Source: Octopus bimaculoides (taxonomy: Eukaryota). Taken from it: a DNA stretch of 64,000 nt. How positions within the stretch are numbered: the first letter of the stretch is position 1; each line of letters starts with the position of its first letter. A program made the translations under genes and the position numbers. Under the pieces are notes generated by a model. It was not told where the DNA came from. It was given only the letters and a program-made list of their open reading frames with translations, and ran no database searches. Shown piece by piece: positions 49,766-63,190 of the stretch. The stretch spans positions 41,539,964-41,603,963 of the forward strand of contig NC_069000.1 in the NCBI RefSeq assembly GCF_001194135.2, written 5' to 3'.

Positions 49766-52592
49766 AGAGAGAGAGAGAGAGTAAGATTTACATAAGCATC
49801 TATTAAGTAAGAGAGGACTTGAAACTTGGAACCTAAAGCTGGAAGTATTTGGTCTGATACACAAACAACAACAACAATAATAATTTTTGTTGTGATCATA
49901 ATCCATTCTACCATAGGCAAAGGGGTTGAAATTTTGCAGGAGGGGTTAAGTCAGTCGTGTTGACTCCAGAAATTAATTGATACTTGTTTTATTGATTCTG
50001 GAACGATAAAAGGCTAAGTCAACTGTGGCAGAATCCGAACTCCAAAAGAAAAGGCAGAGAAAACATCACTAAGCATTTTGTCCAATGTGTTAACCCTTTC
50101 GTTACCATATTTAATAATAATAATAATAATAATAATAAAAGTTAACAACCCACCTATTTAGTTTGTCCACTTTCTGAACAAAGAAATGACCAGGATGGAC
50201 AATGTATGAAATCACAACATTTTGGTTAGATTCTTCTGGAACCAGCGGCTCTGAGGTAAGATCACTTTCCCAACCAGTTACTCTGTTCAGGAGAAAACAG
50301 AAATGAAACACAATAACAACACCAATGCACAAAGCAATACAACTCACTGGTATATAATATACATTTTTCCCTCATAAGAACATCTCGAAAAGAACCCCCT
50401 GCAAAGTTGGACCTCCTAAAACCTTTAATGCATTGAAAAAATTTCTTTCCTCAATATATGAGCGGTAGCCATTCGGCTGTGTCTAAGATGCTGAGAATCT
50501 GAAGAGAGCAATGGTAGTTTTGCATCAGTAAACTGCGAATTCAGTAAAGGCACAGCAACAATGTGACATAAGTTAAGAAGAGTTCTTAATGGAATATATA
50601 TATGTGTGTATAGACACCGATAAAACAAGTGCCAGGCTAAAAGCAAGTAAAAAGTACCGTGGTCGATTTGTTCGACTGAGATTCTTCGAGATGGCACCCC
50701 AGCATGGGCATGGTTCAGCCCACATGGATTGAAACAAGTAAAAGATATATACATACACATCAGCAGCACACACACACAAACGCGCGCGTGCGCACAAAAC
50801 ACACGCACAACACACACTCACATATGCGCATGTGCATGTATGTGCACACACACACACACACGTACACATGCAAGCAAGCAAACACATGTATCTAGGGGCA
50901 GATGTATAGTTTGGTTAAAAATCTTCCGGCAACACGGCTGGAAAAAGACAAAGAAATATTTCTTTTTATATTTTCACTGACCTTGTCTTGGCTATGATGG
51001 AGGGTTTCTCATCAGGGAGGTACTTCTTAAATTTCTCTCGAAGAAGGACCAAGTGCTAAAAGTAGAAGGCAAGAGTATAAGCAACAAAAATAAACATGCA
51101 ACAACAAAATATGAATCAATGAGGAAACCACCACATACTCACTCAACTTGCAAGAAATAGCAGCTAAGTTTCCCTCAAAACATACCCTAATCTGATCACA
51201 GGCTCACTTAATACTCTTAAGTTATAGATTTGAATTTTGTAGACAAGGTCAGAACAGTACTGGAGAGGTATTTTTCATCATAGACAATTGAATTTTGGAA
51301 GAGAAGCCTTGCAAGTCTACAGGATAGATGGAAGAGCGTTGTGGAAAATGAAGGAGAGTATATTTGAGATTAAAAAAGAACTTTATCTTCATTTTGAAAA
51401 ACAAAAGAAGTATAAAAAAAAGCACATTATTTAAGGGATGACCCAATACATACATCATCATCATCATAATTTAATATCCTTTGTCCATACTGGCATGGGT
51501 TGGAATGTTTGACTAGGGCTGGATGCCCTTCCTAATGCCGAGCACTTTGTGTGTAATGGGTGCATTTGTGCGCCACTGGCACGGGTGCCATTTGCCTGAC
51601 ATACCCAAACACACACACACACACACAGAGGACATTTATATAATGTTCTGTAGTAACTAAGAAAAATATAAATTTACTATGATGACAACGTAAAAGCACC
51701 GACTACACTCTCTGAGTGGTTGGCGTTAGGAAGGGCATCCAGCTGTAGAAACTCTGCCAAATCAGATTGGAGCCTGGTGTTGCCATCCGGTTTTCACCAG
51801 TCCTCAGTCAAATCGTCCAACCCATGCTAGCATGGAAAGCGGAAGTTAAACGATGATGATGATGATGATGATGACGATGATGATAAGAAGAACAGACAAC
51901 GATGATGACGCAAATGATGCTGAAGATACTAATGATTCTAATAAGCGATGACAATGACAAGCATATGCAAAATACCTCAGGGTTATCGACTGCAAGTTTC
52001 TGATCCAACAGCTCCCGGCGCAGACTTGTGCCATTGGTTACCGAACTGATGTCCTTTAAAAAGATCCGTTCTAGAAGTGGATCGAGCCACAGTGAATTCT
52101 TTGTTCTGGAAAACAATAAAAAAAGAAACTTTTAACAATTTTTATACTTGGAATTTTACAAGCATCTGCACCGGTGCCATGTATAAAAAACCCCACGCCA
52201 GTGTCTCATTCAGAGCACCCAGTACACTCTGTAAAGTGGCTGGTGTTAGGAAGAGCATTCAGCTCTAGAAACCAGGCTAAAACAGCAGACAATTGAAGCT
52301 TGGTGTAGTTCTCCAGCTTACCGGCCCCTGTCAAACTGTCCAACCCATACCAGCATGGGAAACACATAAGGAAAAGTGTATGTCCAAAATGTAATTAGAT
52401 GTATTAGTTAGAAATATACATAGGCACAAGCATGGCTGTGTGGTAAGAAGCTTGCTTACCAACCACATGATTCCAGGTTCAGTCCCACTGTGTGGCACCT
52501 TGGGCAAGTGTCTTCTACTATAGCTTCGGGCCAACGAAAGCCTTGTGAGTGAATTTGGTAGACGGAAACTGAGAGAAGCTCACCATATACAT

Positions 52593-52627
<35 letters not shown>

Positions 52628-53008
52628 NNNNNNNNNNNNNNNNNNNNNNNNNNNNNNNNNNNNNNNNNNNNNNNNNNNNNNNNNNNNNNNNNNNNNNNNN
52701 NNNNNNNNNNNNNNNNNNNNNNNNNNNNNNNNNNNNNNNNNNNNNNNNNNNNNNNNNNNNNNNNNNNNNNNNNNNNNNNNNNNNNNNNNNNNNNNNNNNN
52801 NNNNNNNNNNNNNNNNNNNNNNNNNNNNNNNNNNNNNNNNNNNNNNNNNNNNNNNNNNNNNNNNNNNNNNNNNNNNNNNNNNNNNNNNNNNNNNNNNNNN
52901 NNNNNNNNNNNNNNNNNNNNNNNNNNNNNNNNNNNNNNNNNNNNNNNNNNNNNNNNNNNNNNNNNNNNNNNNNNNNNNNNNNNNNNNNNNNNNNNNNNNN
53001 NNNNNNTA

Positions 53009-53043
<35 letters not shown>

Positions 53044-56000
53044 GTCCGTCTGTCTTTGTCTTTTCCACCATCGCTTGACAACCGATGCTAGTGTGTTTAC
53101 GCCCTATAACTTGGCGGTGCAGCAACAGAGACCAATAGGATGAGTACAAAGTTTACAAGGAATAAGTCCCAGAGTCAATTTCTTTGACTAAAACCCTTCA
53201 AGGCAGTGCTCCAGCATGGCCCCAGTCAAACGACTGAAACAAGTAAAAGAATAAAAGAACACATATGCATGCACCCTGAAGCATCTGCAGATACAGAAAG
53301 AGGTGTGTGTGTCTTTGTGCTTGATGCCCTCCATTGCTTGGCAACCGGTGTTGGTGTGTTTATTGCCCCGTAACTAAGCAGTTTAGCAAAAGAGAACAAA
53401 CAAATAACTACCAGGCCTGGAAACAAATAAGTTCTGGGGGACAATTTGTTTGATTAAAAGATTTCTTCAAGACGGTGTCCTAGCATGGCCACATTTTAAC
53501 TGACTGAAACAAGTAAAAGGTGAAAAATAATAAAAAGAGAAAATAGAAAATTAAAAATACAAAGAGAGAAAAACAACTTACACGAACTGAATTTTTCCAT
53601 ACAACATCTTCGACTCGACCCAAAGATTCGTGTAAGAATTGGCCTGTGAAAATAAATTATTTACAACTAATGCAACCGAGTTTCACAAAGCAACACCAAG
53701 ACAAAATGGCACTAACACACACACACACACACACACACAAACAAAACTCAAAAAATTTTTTAAGAAGAACGTTGCAATCAACAAGAAGGTGAATCTCAGC
53801 GATTCTTTTTTGTGCGCACAGTTTGTGACAAGCCATACTTTTCTTTTGCTGGGCTCAAATCTCATTTGAGGAACCATGAAAACCAAACCTCCCCCAACCA
53901 CTCTGCCCATATGTGTACACCTGTCGATGTCATATGGATGGACGGGCGGGCGGGCAGACAGGCAGACAGACAGATAGATAGATAGATAGATAGATAAAGA
54001 TATGAACTTACAAAATTAGACCAGCGAACATCACAGTCGACTGGTTGGAGTCGACAGAGGAATATTTCTACAGCTTGGTAAGGCACACGAGCAAACTGGT
54101 CAGGTATTGTGTACAGATTGCAAACCGGGTGTTCTTCGGTCTTGCCAATATCAACAAAGAACAACTGGAGGAGAAGGAAGAGGGTGAAGAGAAGTGAGTA
54201 CATGTTAAAGAAAGGTGGGAGGGAATTAGAAATAAAAGGAGAAATGGAGATGCAAAACGTAAAAGATACATAAAATACAATAAAACAAATGAACTTAAGT
54301 CTACTCACTGAAGGCTGACCAAGGGTTAAAGAACAACAACTACTATGATAACAATGATTATGATGATGGTGATGGCCACAACACAACACTCAAAGGTCAA
54401 CAAGCCCCGAACGTCCAGTGATCAACTTGTATATACTTACGGTCACTGTGTTTTTCGAAGCACAATTGTTCAGTTTAGACACCGTCACACTGTAAAGAAC
54501 ACAAAAAATGAAAATTAAAACTAAGAAGAAATTGATAGCAATCATACGATTGGAAATGGAAGGAAAGAAGTGCCACAGCAGCAGTTTCCCAATGTCATGT
54601 AACTCACACATAAAAAGCACCTTTCAAGTACTGGGCCTCACGGGGTCAATGTCCAATGACCAAGACCTTTGGCAATATGCCATGCTTGAGCAGAAGACGC
54701 ATCAAGCCAAGTGACATCATAGTCATGGCTGATGCCAGTGTCATGTAACTGGCATCCGTTACACTCTGTAAAGTGGTTGGTGTTAAGAAGGACATCCAGC
54801 CAGAGAAAGCATGCCAAATCAGTCTGGAGTTTGGTACAGCCCCTCAGCTTACCAGCCCTGGTCAAACAGTTGAACCCATGCCAGAATGGACAACGGACAT
54901 TAAATGATGATGATGATAATGATGATGACCTGTTCCTGCCATTCTCCACTCTATGAAATTAACCCTTTTGTTACCATATTTCTGTTGAGATGCTCTGTGT
55001 TTCTTTCAATTAATTTTAAATATAACAAAGAATTTAGTAAAATAACTTAGTTATCATTAGGCTAGGAACATAAATTGTGACTAAGGTTTGGTGGAAGATT
55101 TTAATTCAGGACTTTTGAAAACAAAATATTTCTACTAGAGTCAGAGGCAGTTTCAGGTGGGTTGGTATCAAAAGGATTAAGAATTGTTTCNNNNNNNNNN
55201 ATGAAATTAACCCTTTTGTTACCATATTTCTGTTGAGATGCTCTGTGTTTCTTTCAATTAATTTTAAATATAACAAAGAATTTAGTAAAATAACTTAGTT
55301 ATCATTAAGCTAGGAACATAAATTGTGACTAAGGTTTGGTGGAAGATTTTAATTCAAAACTTATGAAAAGAAGACATTTGTACTACAGAGCCAGAGCTGG
55401 TTTCAGCCAGAGCCGGTTTCAGCCAGAGCTGGTTTCAACCAGAGCCGGTTTCAGCCAGGTTGGTAACGAAAGGGTTAAAGAAATAAGCCTCTCCCTCCCC
55501 ACATGGTTATTAACAAGAAAGCAAATATGAAGATTGCGTCCATATATAATTCTTCTGTCTACATCATAGAGTTGGACAAGTTTAACAAATGTTAAGTGTA
55601 TTCTTCTTCTTCTTTGTCATCATCATCATTTAAGGTTTTGTGTTCCATGCTGGCATGGGTTGATGGAGCATCAGACTTACAGACAATATTAATAATTTCA
55701 AATCTTTCATGAAAAAAAAATGTGTCTGGCCATGGGGAAAATATTACCTGACTTGGAAACAGGTGAGAGTTTGTGACAGGAAGGGCATCCAGCCACGGGA
55801 AATCTGCCACAACAAATTCTGTCAGACCCAGTAAGTATGAGAAAAGTGGATGTTAAATGATGACGACGTCTATAAATATATACATCATCGCTTAACAGCC
55901 ACCTTCCATATTGGAATTATTCATTTATTCTATTATTTGTCTCAGTCACCTGACTGTGGCCATGCTGGAGCACCACCTTCAGTCGAAGAAATCCACCCCA

Positions 56001-59000
56001 GGAATTATTCTTTGTAAGCCTAGTACTTATTCTATTGGTCTCTTTTGCCAAACTGCTAAGTTATGGGGACATAAACATACCAACACCAGTTGTCAAGTGA
56101 TGGTGGAGAGACAAAGTCACACACACACACACAGATATATACGACAGGCTTCTTTCAGCTTCCGTCTACCAAATCCACTCACAAGGCTTTGGTCAGCCTG
56201 GGGCTATAGTAGAAGACACTTGCCCGAGATGCCGCATAGCGGGACTGAACTGGGAACCATGTGGTTGGGAAGCAAGTTTCTTACCGCACAGCCACGCCTG
56301 CACCAATGTGTGTGTGTGTGTATGTATGTACGAACATATGTATGTGTATGTATGTATGTATTGTGATACTAATAAACTGGTATAGAACTCAATATGCATG
56401 TTTCAGAATGAAGCATTAGTCGAGTACAGAGCAGTATAAGAGAAAAAGAGATGACAAAGGCATAAACAATTATCTTATGCACTTCATTAGTTTACTGCAC
56501 AACTGTTTCTGCTGTAAGATGCAGTGGACTTCAAACATTCAAACATGATGTGCAATTTGGGTTTCATGTTTTAGGCTCTGATGAAGGTGTAAGATGTAAC
56601 TCAGACACTGAACTAAGAGTTCACTGCATTCTCATAGTGGAAACGACTGTAAGCTAACAAAGTTCATAACATAAATCATTTATTCTTTTGTCATCCCTTT
56701 TTTTCTTATATACATATGTGTGTCCAGACAGATGGATGGCTGGGTAGGTAGATAGATAGATATATATATGGAGAGAGAGAGAGAGACAGACAAACAGACA
56801 GATTAAAGCAGAGAAGAAAAGGCAAACAGTTTGCCGAGATTTGCCAAGGACATTTAACTTAGCTATAAAAGACTTGCCTAACCATTTGCTTCTTCATTTC
56901 TGTTTTAATCTATACCTACCAGGAAGGCAGTGAGCTGGTAGAAACGTTAGCATGCTGGCAAAATGCTTAGAAATGGTTAGCATGCCGGCGGTAAGCTGGC
57001 AGAACCATTAGCACGCCAGGCAAAATGCTTAGCGGCATTTCATCTGCCGTTACGTTCTGAGTTCAAATTCCGCCGAGGTCGACTTTGCCTTTCATCCTTT
57101 CGGGATAAATAAATTAAGTATCAGTTACGCACTGGGATCAGTCTAATCGACTGGGCTCCTCCTCTAAAATTTCAGGCCTTGTGCCTAGAGTAGAAAAGAA
57201 TTTATACCTACCAGCTCAAGGGGAAGTCACTTCTAGCTGCTTTAGAAAGGCAGTCACAAAATCACATGTTCTACTGCAGTTCAAACTAAAATTTTAGTGG
57301 CATACCTATTTGAGCGCTTAGAATGAACATCTATTCATTTGAATCACCCTAACACAAACACCTCCTATTTTATATATATATATATTTATGTATATAAATA
57401 CACATGTACACATATACATATATACATGCATAGCTATGTGAACACAGGCACCTATACATATATACATACATACACAAAGTCAATTCTGTGAATGTGTGCC
57501 CACTTTGAATTACAAAAAGATACTAACCGAAAGAATCCTTTTGATGTGTTAACTGTACACAGGATTCCAATTTCCAGTTTCTCTGTGGGATAAATAATTA
57601 AGAAAAGAAACAAAGAGAATAACAATTAAATAAATATGCATGAAAAACAAGCAAACAATACATTTATTAATGTGCACTATTCTAATGTATATGAATGAAG
57701 ACAGTTGCATCAGGAAGTGCCGATCTCTAATCGTGGAAAGAATGTGTGGAATAGGTAGATCCAGGAAGACATGGGATGAAGTGGGAAGAAAGTCAAAGAG
57801 GGGATGACAGAGAACCAAGATTTCTAGAGGTTTGTGAGCAGCGCTCCAGCTGGCCAGCACCTGTCAAACTGTCCAACCCAAGCCAGAATGGAAAACAGAC
57901 ATTAAATGATGATGATGCTATTTGATTCTGCTAAGGTGGCATGCTGGCAGAAACGTTNNNNNNNNNNGCCGGGCGCGTCTGTCTTTACGTTCTGAGTTCA
58001 AATTCATCCGAGGTCATCTTTGCCTTTAATCCTTTCGGGGTCAATAAATTAAGTACCAGTTGCGTACTAGGGTTGATCTAATCAACTGGCCCCTCCCCCA
58101 AAATTTCAGGCCTTGTGCCTATAATAGAAAAGGTTATTTGATTCTACTGGTGTAGTTGGACCCAGAGATGTTTAACTGTATACGTGTGCCTTTGGGTGGG
58201 CATGTATTGGATTAACTGTGCTTGTATTGGTTTCAGTAGACATATATTGGCTTGAGTGGACTCATTGTCTTAAGTGGCCATGTGCTGATATGAGTCATGG
58301 TTCCAGTGGATGTTTGTTGGTTTAATCCTGTTGCACCATAGTCATGCTGCAGCAGGGATAGCCTAAACGTTATCTCTACCGGATTCCCATTACAACATAT
58401 GTAGTCAAAAAGATGATAAAATGTGAAAAAATAGACAACCAACCATGTTGCAACTTTGGAGTCAAAGTCTGTTTTTGACTCATTGTTAATGGTGTCCCTC
58501 AGGCTGTTGTTTATTTTTGTTTTTAATTGATAAAAACCAATTTCATTTGCGATGAAACAAGTGTGTTATAGACCCAACATTTTGTCTGGTAAACAAGCAA
58601 GATGTAGACGCTTTGCAGTCGGGGAAATTATGGATGATATTTATTCTTTGGATGAAGAGTTTATGCTTGTGCAGACAATCAAAGTGATTTGGACAAGCAA
58701 ACTGGGGAAAGTGTTGAGGAAAGTAATGATTTGGGTGAATAAGTATGGTTGTTGAGAGATGAGCCTATCATTGTTATTCTCCTGAATTAATTTGTGATTC
58801 TGTCCATTAGTTTTCTTGCAATCATTATTCTTGTGCTGTGTATGCAACTATTTATATTTTTACTCAGGAGCTTAAGTGGAGGGTAAAGTTAGGCATAGGG
58901 GACCGGGTGTGAGAAGGTTAAGCAGACGTGTTGGCCCAAGAGGACAGTTGTTAGCTTATGAGAACGTACAGGCTTGAGTGGACATGTATTGCTTTGAAGC

Positions 59001-61583
59001 AGATTGCTGTTTAGTGCCAGAGAGAGGATTTTAGTGGTGGTACTTGGTGTTACAATTACACATACAGTCAACAACAGAGCATTTGGATAAATGTTAGAAA
59101 CATTTATACACATTTCTAATTTCTAGTGGCACGTAAAAGGCACCTGTGCCAGTGCTGTGTAAGAAACACCCGTGCCGGTGCCATGTGGAATATGGCAAGG
59201 CAGGTTAACTAGCAAGTTAGTTTTTGTTTGTGGCAGATGTTCAGGTGCAATAAAGACTGCAAACAAACAGGAAACAACTTCTATCTCATTCCAGGGTGAA
59301 AAACTAGAGGTAGTCGATAGCTTCCGCTATCTGGGCGACCAAGTTAGTAGTGGGGGTGGGTGCGCTGAAAGTGTAGCTGCTAGAATAAGAATAGCCTGGG
59401 CAAAGTTTAGAGAGCTCTTACCCCTGCTGGCGACAAAGGGACTCTCACTCAGAGTAAAAGGCAGACTGTATGACACATGNNNNNNNNNNNNNNNNNNNNN
59501 NNNNNNNNNNNNNNNNNNNNNNNNNNNNNNNNNNNNNNNNNNNNNNNNNNNNNNNNNNNNNNNNNNNNNNNNNNNNNNNNNNNNNNNNNNNNNNNNNNNN
59601 NNNNNNNNNNNNNNNNNNNNNNNNNNNNNNNNNNNNNNNNNNNNNNNNNNNNNNNNNNNNNNNNNNNNNNNNNNNNNNNNNNNNNNNNNNNNNNNNNNNN
59701 NNNNNNNNNNNNNNNNNNNNNNNNNNNNNNNNNNNNNNNNNNNNNNNNNNNNNNNNNNNNNNNNNNNNNNNNNNNNNNNNNNNNNNNNNNNNNNNNNNNN
59801 NNNNNNNNNNNNNNNNNNNNNNNNNNNNNNNNNNNNNNNNNNNNNNNNNNNNNNNNNNNNNNNNNNNNNNNNNNNNNNNNNNNNNNNNNNNNNNNNNNNN
59901 NNNNNNNNNNNNNNNNNNNNNNNNNNNNNNNNNNNNNNNNNNNNNNNNNNNNNNNNNNNNNNNNNNNNNNNNNNNNNNNNNNNNNNNNNNNNNNNNNNNN
60001 NNNNNNNNNNNNNNNNNNNNNNNNNNNNNNNNNNNNNNNNNNNNNNNNNNNNNNNNNNNNNNNNNNNNNNNNNNNNNNNNNNNNNNNNNNNNNNNNNNNN
60101 NNNNNNNNNNNNNNNNNNNNNNNNNNNNNNNNNNNNNNNNNNNNNNNNNNNNNNNNNNNNNNNNNNNNNNNNNNNNNNNNNNNNNNNNNNNNNNNNNNNN
60201 NNNTAAAAGCACCCACTACACTCTCTGAGTGGTTGGCGTTAGGAAGGGCATCCAGCTGTAGAAACTCTGCCAAATCAGACTGGAGCCTGGTGTTGCCATC
60301 CGGTTTCACCAGTCCTCAGTCAAATCGTCCAACCCATGCTAGCATGGAAAGCGGACGTTAAACGATGATGATGATGATGATGATGATGCCTGTACCATGT
60401 AAAATGCATCAGTGCCAGAGCTGTGTGCACACCACCCAGTGCCACTCTTTACAGTGGTTGGCATTAGGAACAGCATCCAGTCATAGAAGCCAAGTCAAAT
60501 TAGACTGAAACCTGGTCAAGATCTCCAGCTTGCCAGCCCTGGTCAAGCTGCTCAACCTATACCAGCATAGAAAATGGATGTTAAATGATGATGATGATAG
60601 GTTTTTAAATAGAAACATATTTTTTAAACTTAGCAGTTTGGCAAAAGTGACTGATATAATAAGTGCTGAGAGGTCATTTGTTTGTCTTAAATTCTTCAAG
60701 GCAGTGTCCCAGTATGCTCACAGACTAACGACTGGAACAAATAAAAGATAAAAGACATGTAGATACTATAGTTAGAAGTATAAAATGCCGTAGAATATTG
60801 AGTACCTATGGAATGAAATATTTGGTTTCCTTTTCATATACCAATTGTTTGGTTCTTCCAGACAAGCTTTCTTTCCTACCTCAGTGCATTTTAGAAAAAC
60901 AACTCTGGCTAACCACATCAAATTCAAGATAAAACAAATGATGAAAATGAAAATAAAATGACAAAAAAAAAAGACCTTACCCAAAGGTTTCTTGTTGGCC
61001 GGATCACAAAAGTGGGTGGCCATGCCGAGTGTAAGACTGGCCAAATCACTATGGACAGCAACAGACTTCTTTTGGCCTTGCCAGATTTCCAAGATCCTCC
61101 CAAAGAAGTGACTGGCTGACTTCACATGGAGGACCATAATCTGAAAGGTAAATATAGAAGAGATAACATGGAGAATTCCACAAGGTGACTCCACATGGGG
61201 GACCATAATCAGAAAGGTAAATACTGAAGAGATAACATGGAGGACCATAATCTGAAAGGCAAATATAGAAGAAATAACATGGAGGACTCTTCATGGAGGG
61301 CCATAATCTGAAAGGCAAATACTGAAGAAATAACATGTAGGATTCCTCATGGAGGACCATAATCTGAAAGGCAAATATTGAAGAAATAACATGGGAGGAC
61401 TACAATCTGAAATGTAACAGAAATAAAGAACAAAGAGAGACATTATTTACATTTGACAGATATTTGTCCTCATCTTGTTTGTTGTTTACACAACATTTCA
61501 ACTCATGTACTCTCCACCCTTCATCAGGTGTCTTGGGGAAATTTCGAACCTGGGTTCTCATTCCTAACGTATTTTTCAATATA

Positions 61584-61617
<34 letters not shown>

Positions 61618-62313
61618 TCACTGCCTGGAATCGAACTTGGAATCTTGGGGTTAGTAGCCCATGCTCTTAACCACTACGCCATATGCCAGTGGGCAACAAA
61701 CAAGATGAGGACAAATATCCGTGAAATGTAAATAATGTCCATAATTCCTCATCTCTTAAATATAGAACTAAAAGCTAGAGGCTTTCTCATGGAGAAGTGT
61801 AATCCGAAACAGAACTACAGGTAAAATATGTGGAGGGCTTAAAATGGGGTTAGGCTTTGCATTATCTTATTCTGCTCCTCGAAACAAGGCAGCAATTTTT
61901 TAAACTTTTTATTCTGGTGAGGAGTAAGATGTTTATAATTGACTAAATGTCAAGCCCCCAGTTCATGAATGGTATTTCATTTAGCCCTAACCACAACCCT
62001 TACAACAGTGATGGAGAGTAAAGTTGACTGTCATTGTGGGATTTGAACTCAAAATGCAACCAGAGCCATGACCAATAACACAACGAGCAGCAGCAGCAGC
62101 AGTAGTAGTAGAATAACAGCAGCAGTAGCAGCACCTGCACCACCACCACCACCACCACTACTAATGCTTACAATATTATCATTAGTACAAGCCAACGAGG
62201 AAGCACCTCACTGTGGTTGCTCCAATGGCTAAAAATAGCAGCCAAATTTATCTACTATTTTAAATAAAAAGGGAAGCAACATAGGATAATGTACTCTCAG
62301 GTCCTCTATTATG

Positions 62314-62346
<33 letters not shown>

Positions 62347-63142
62347 ACATTGTTTTAATAATGTCCGCTTTTCCATACGCACATAGTTGAGATAGAGTTC
62401 GTTGAGGCAATTTTTTTCTATGGCTGGATGCCCTTCCTGTCACAAATCCTCACCTGTTTCCAAATAAGGTAATACTCCTCCGTGACCAGCTACGCTTTAC
62501 CGGGAAGATTGGAAACAAAGGACACCGCCTGTATGACAGTGGCACTCATTTACAACTGCCATACAATGTCAAGACAAGGAGACACAAACACATGAATATT
62601 CATGTATGCATGTTTGTGTGTATATGGATGCATGTGTATATGTGTGGGGGGGGATGTATGTGTATGAGTGTGTATATGTATGCATGTGTGTATAAGTGTG
62701 CACACATGCATGTGTATGCATATGTATGCATGTGTGTGGAGGGATGTGTATGCATGTGTATATGTGTATGTATGTGTAAATGTATGCATGTGGTTATATG
62801 TATGTGTATGTGTGCATAAATGCATATGTGTATATGTATGCACGTGTGTGGAGGGATACATGTGTATGCGTGTGTATAAGTGTGTATGTGTGTGGGGGTG
62901 TATGTGGGGAGTGTATGTGTATGTGTGTATATGTATATATGTAACAGGTGAGGGTTAGTGACAGGAAAGGCATCAAGCCATAGAATACATGCCTCAGCAA
63001 ATTCCATCTGACCATTGCAGGCATGGAAGACTAGACATTAAAAAAATGACAATAATGATGGTGGTGGTGGTGGCGATAATGGTGATGTTGTTGATAATGA
63101 TGATGATGCTCTTGATGGTGGTGGTAGTGGTGATGGTGGGCA

Positions 63143-63190
<48 letters not shown>

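Noticed and set aside
54955-55340. Apparent direct duplication of about 140 bp (also 32950-33125)
   Set aside because: Near-identical copies on either side of a 10-N gap, typical of unmerged contig overlaps.
58230-59110. Possible degenerate Penelope GIY-YIG/RT remnant
   Set aside because: Only vague VY...C-like fragments with stops and frameshifts. It cannot be supported without tBLASTn or HMM searches.
61125-61440. CRISPR-like appearance (repeats separated by short variable segments)
   Set aside because: Eukaryotic intron context, inter-unit segments of 0-27 nt that are themselves repeat-derived, and no cas genes. The unit is a duplicated splice junction.
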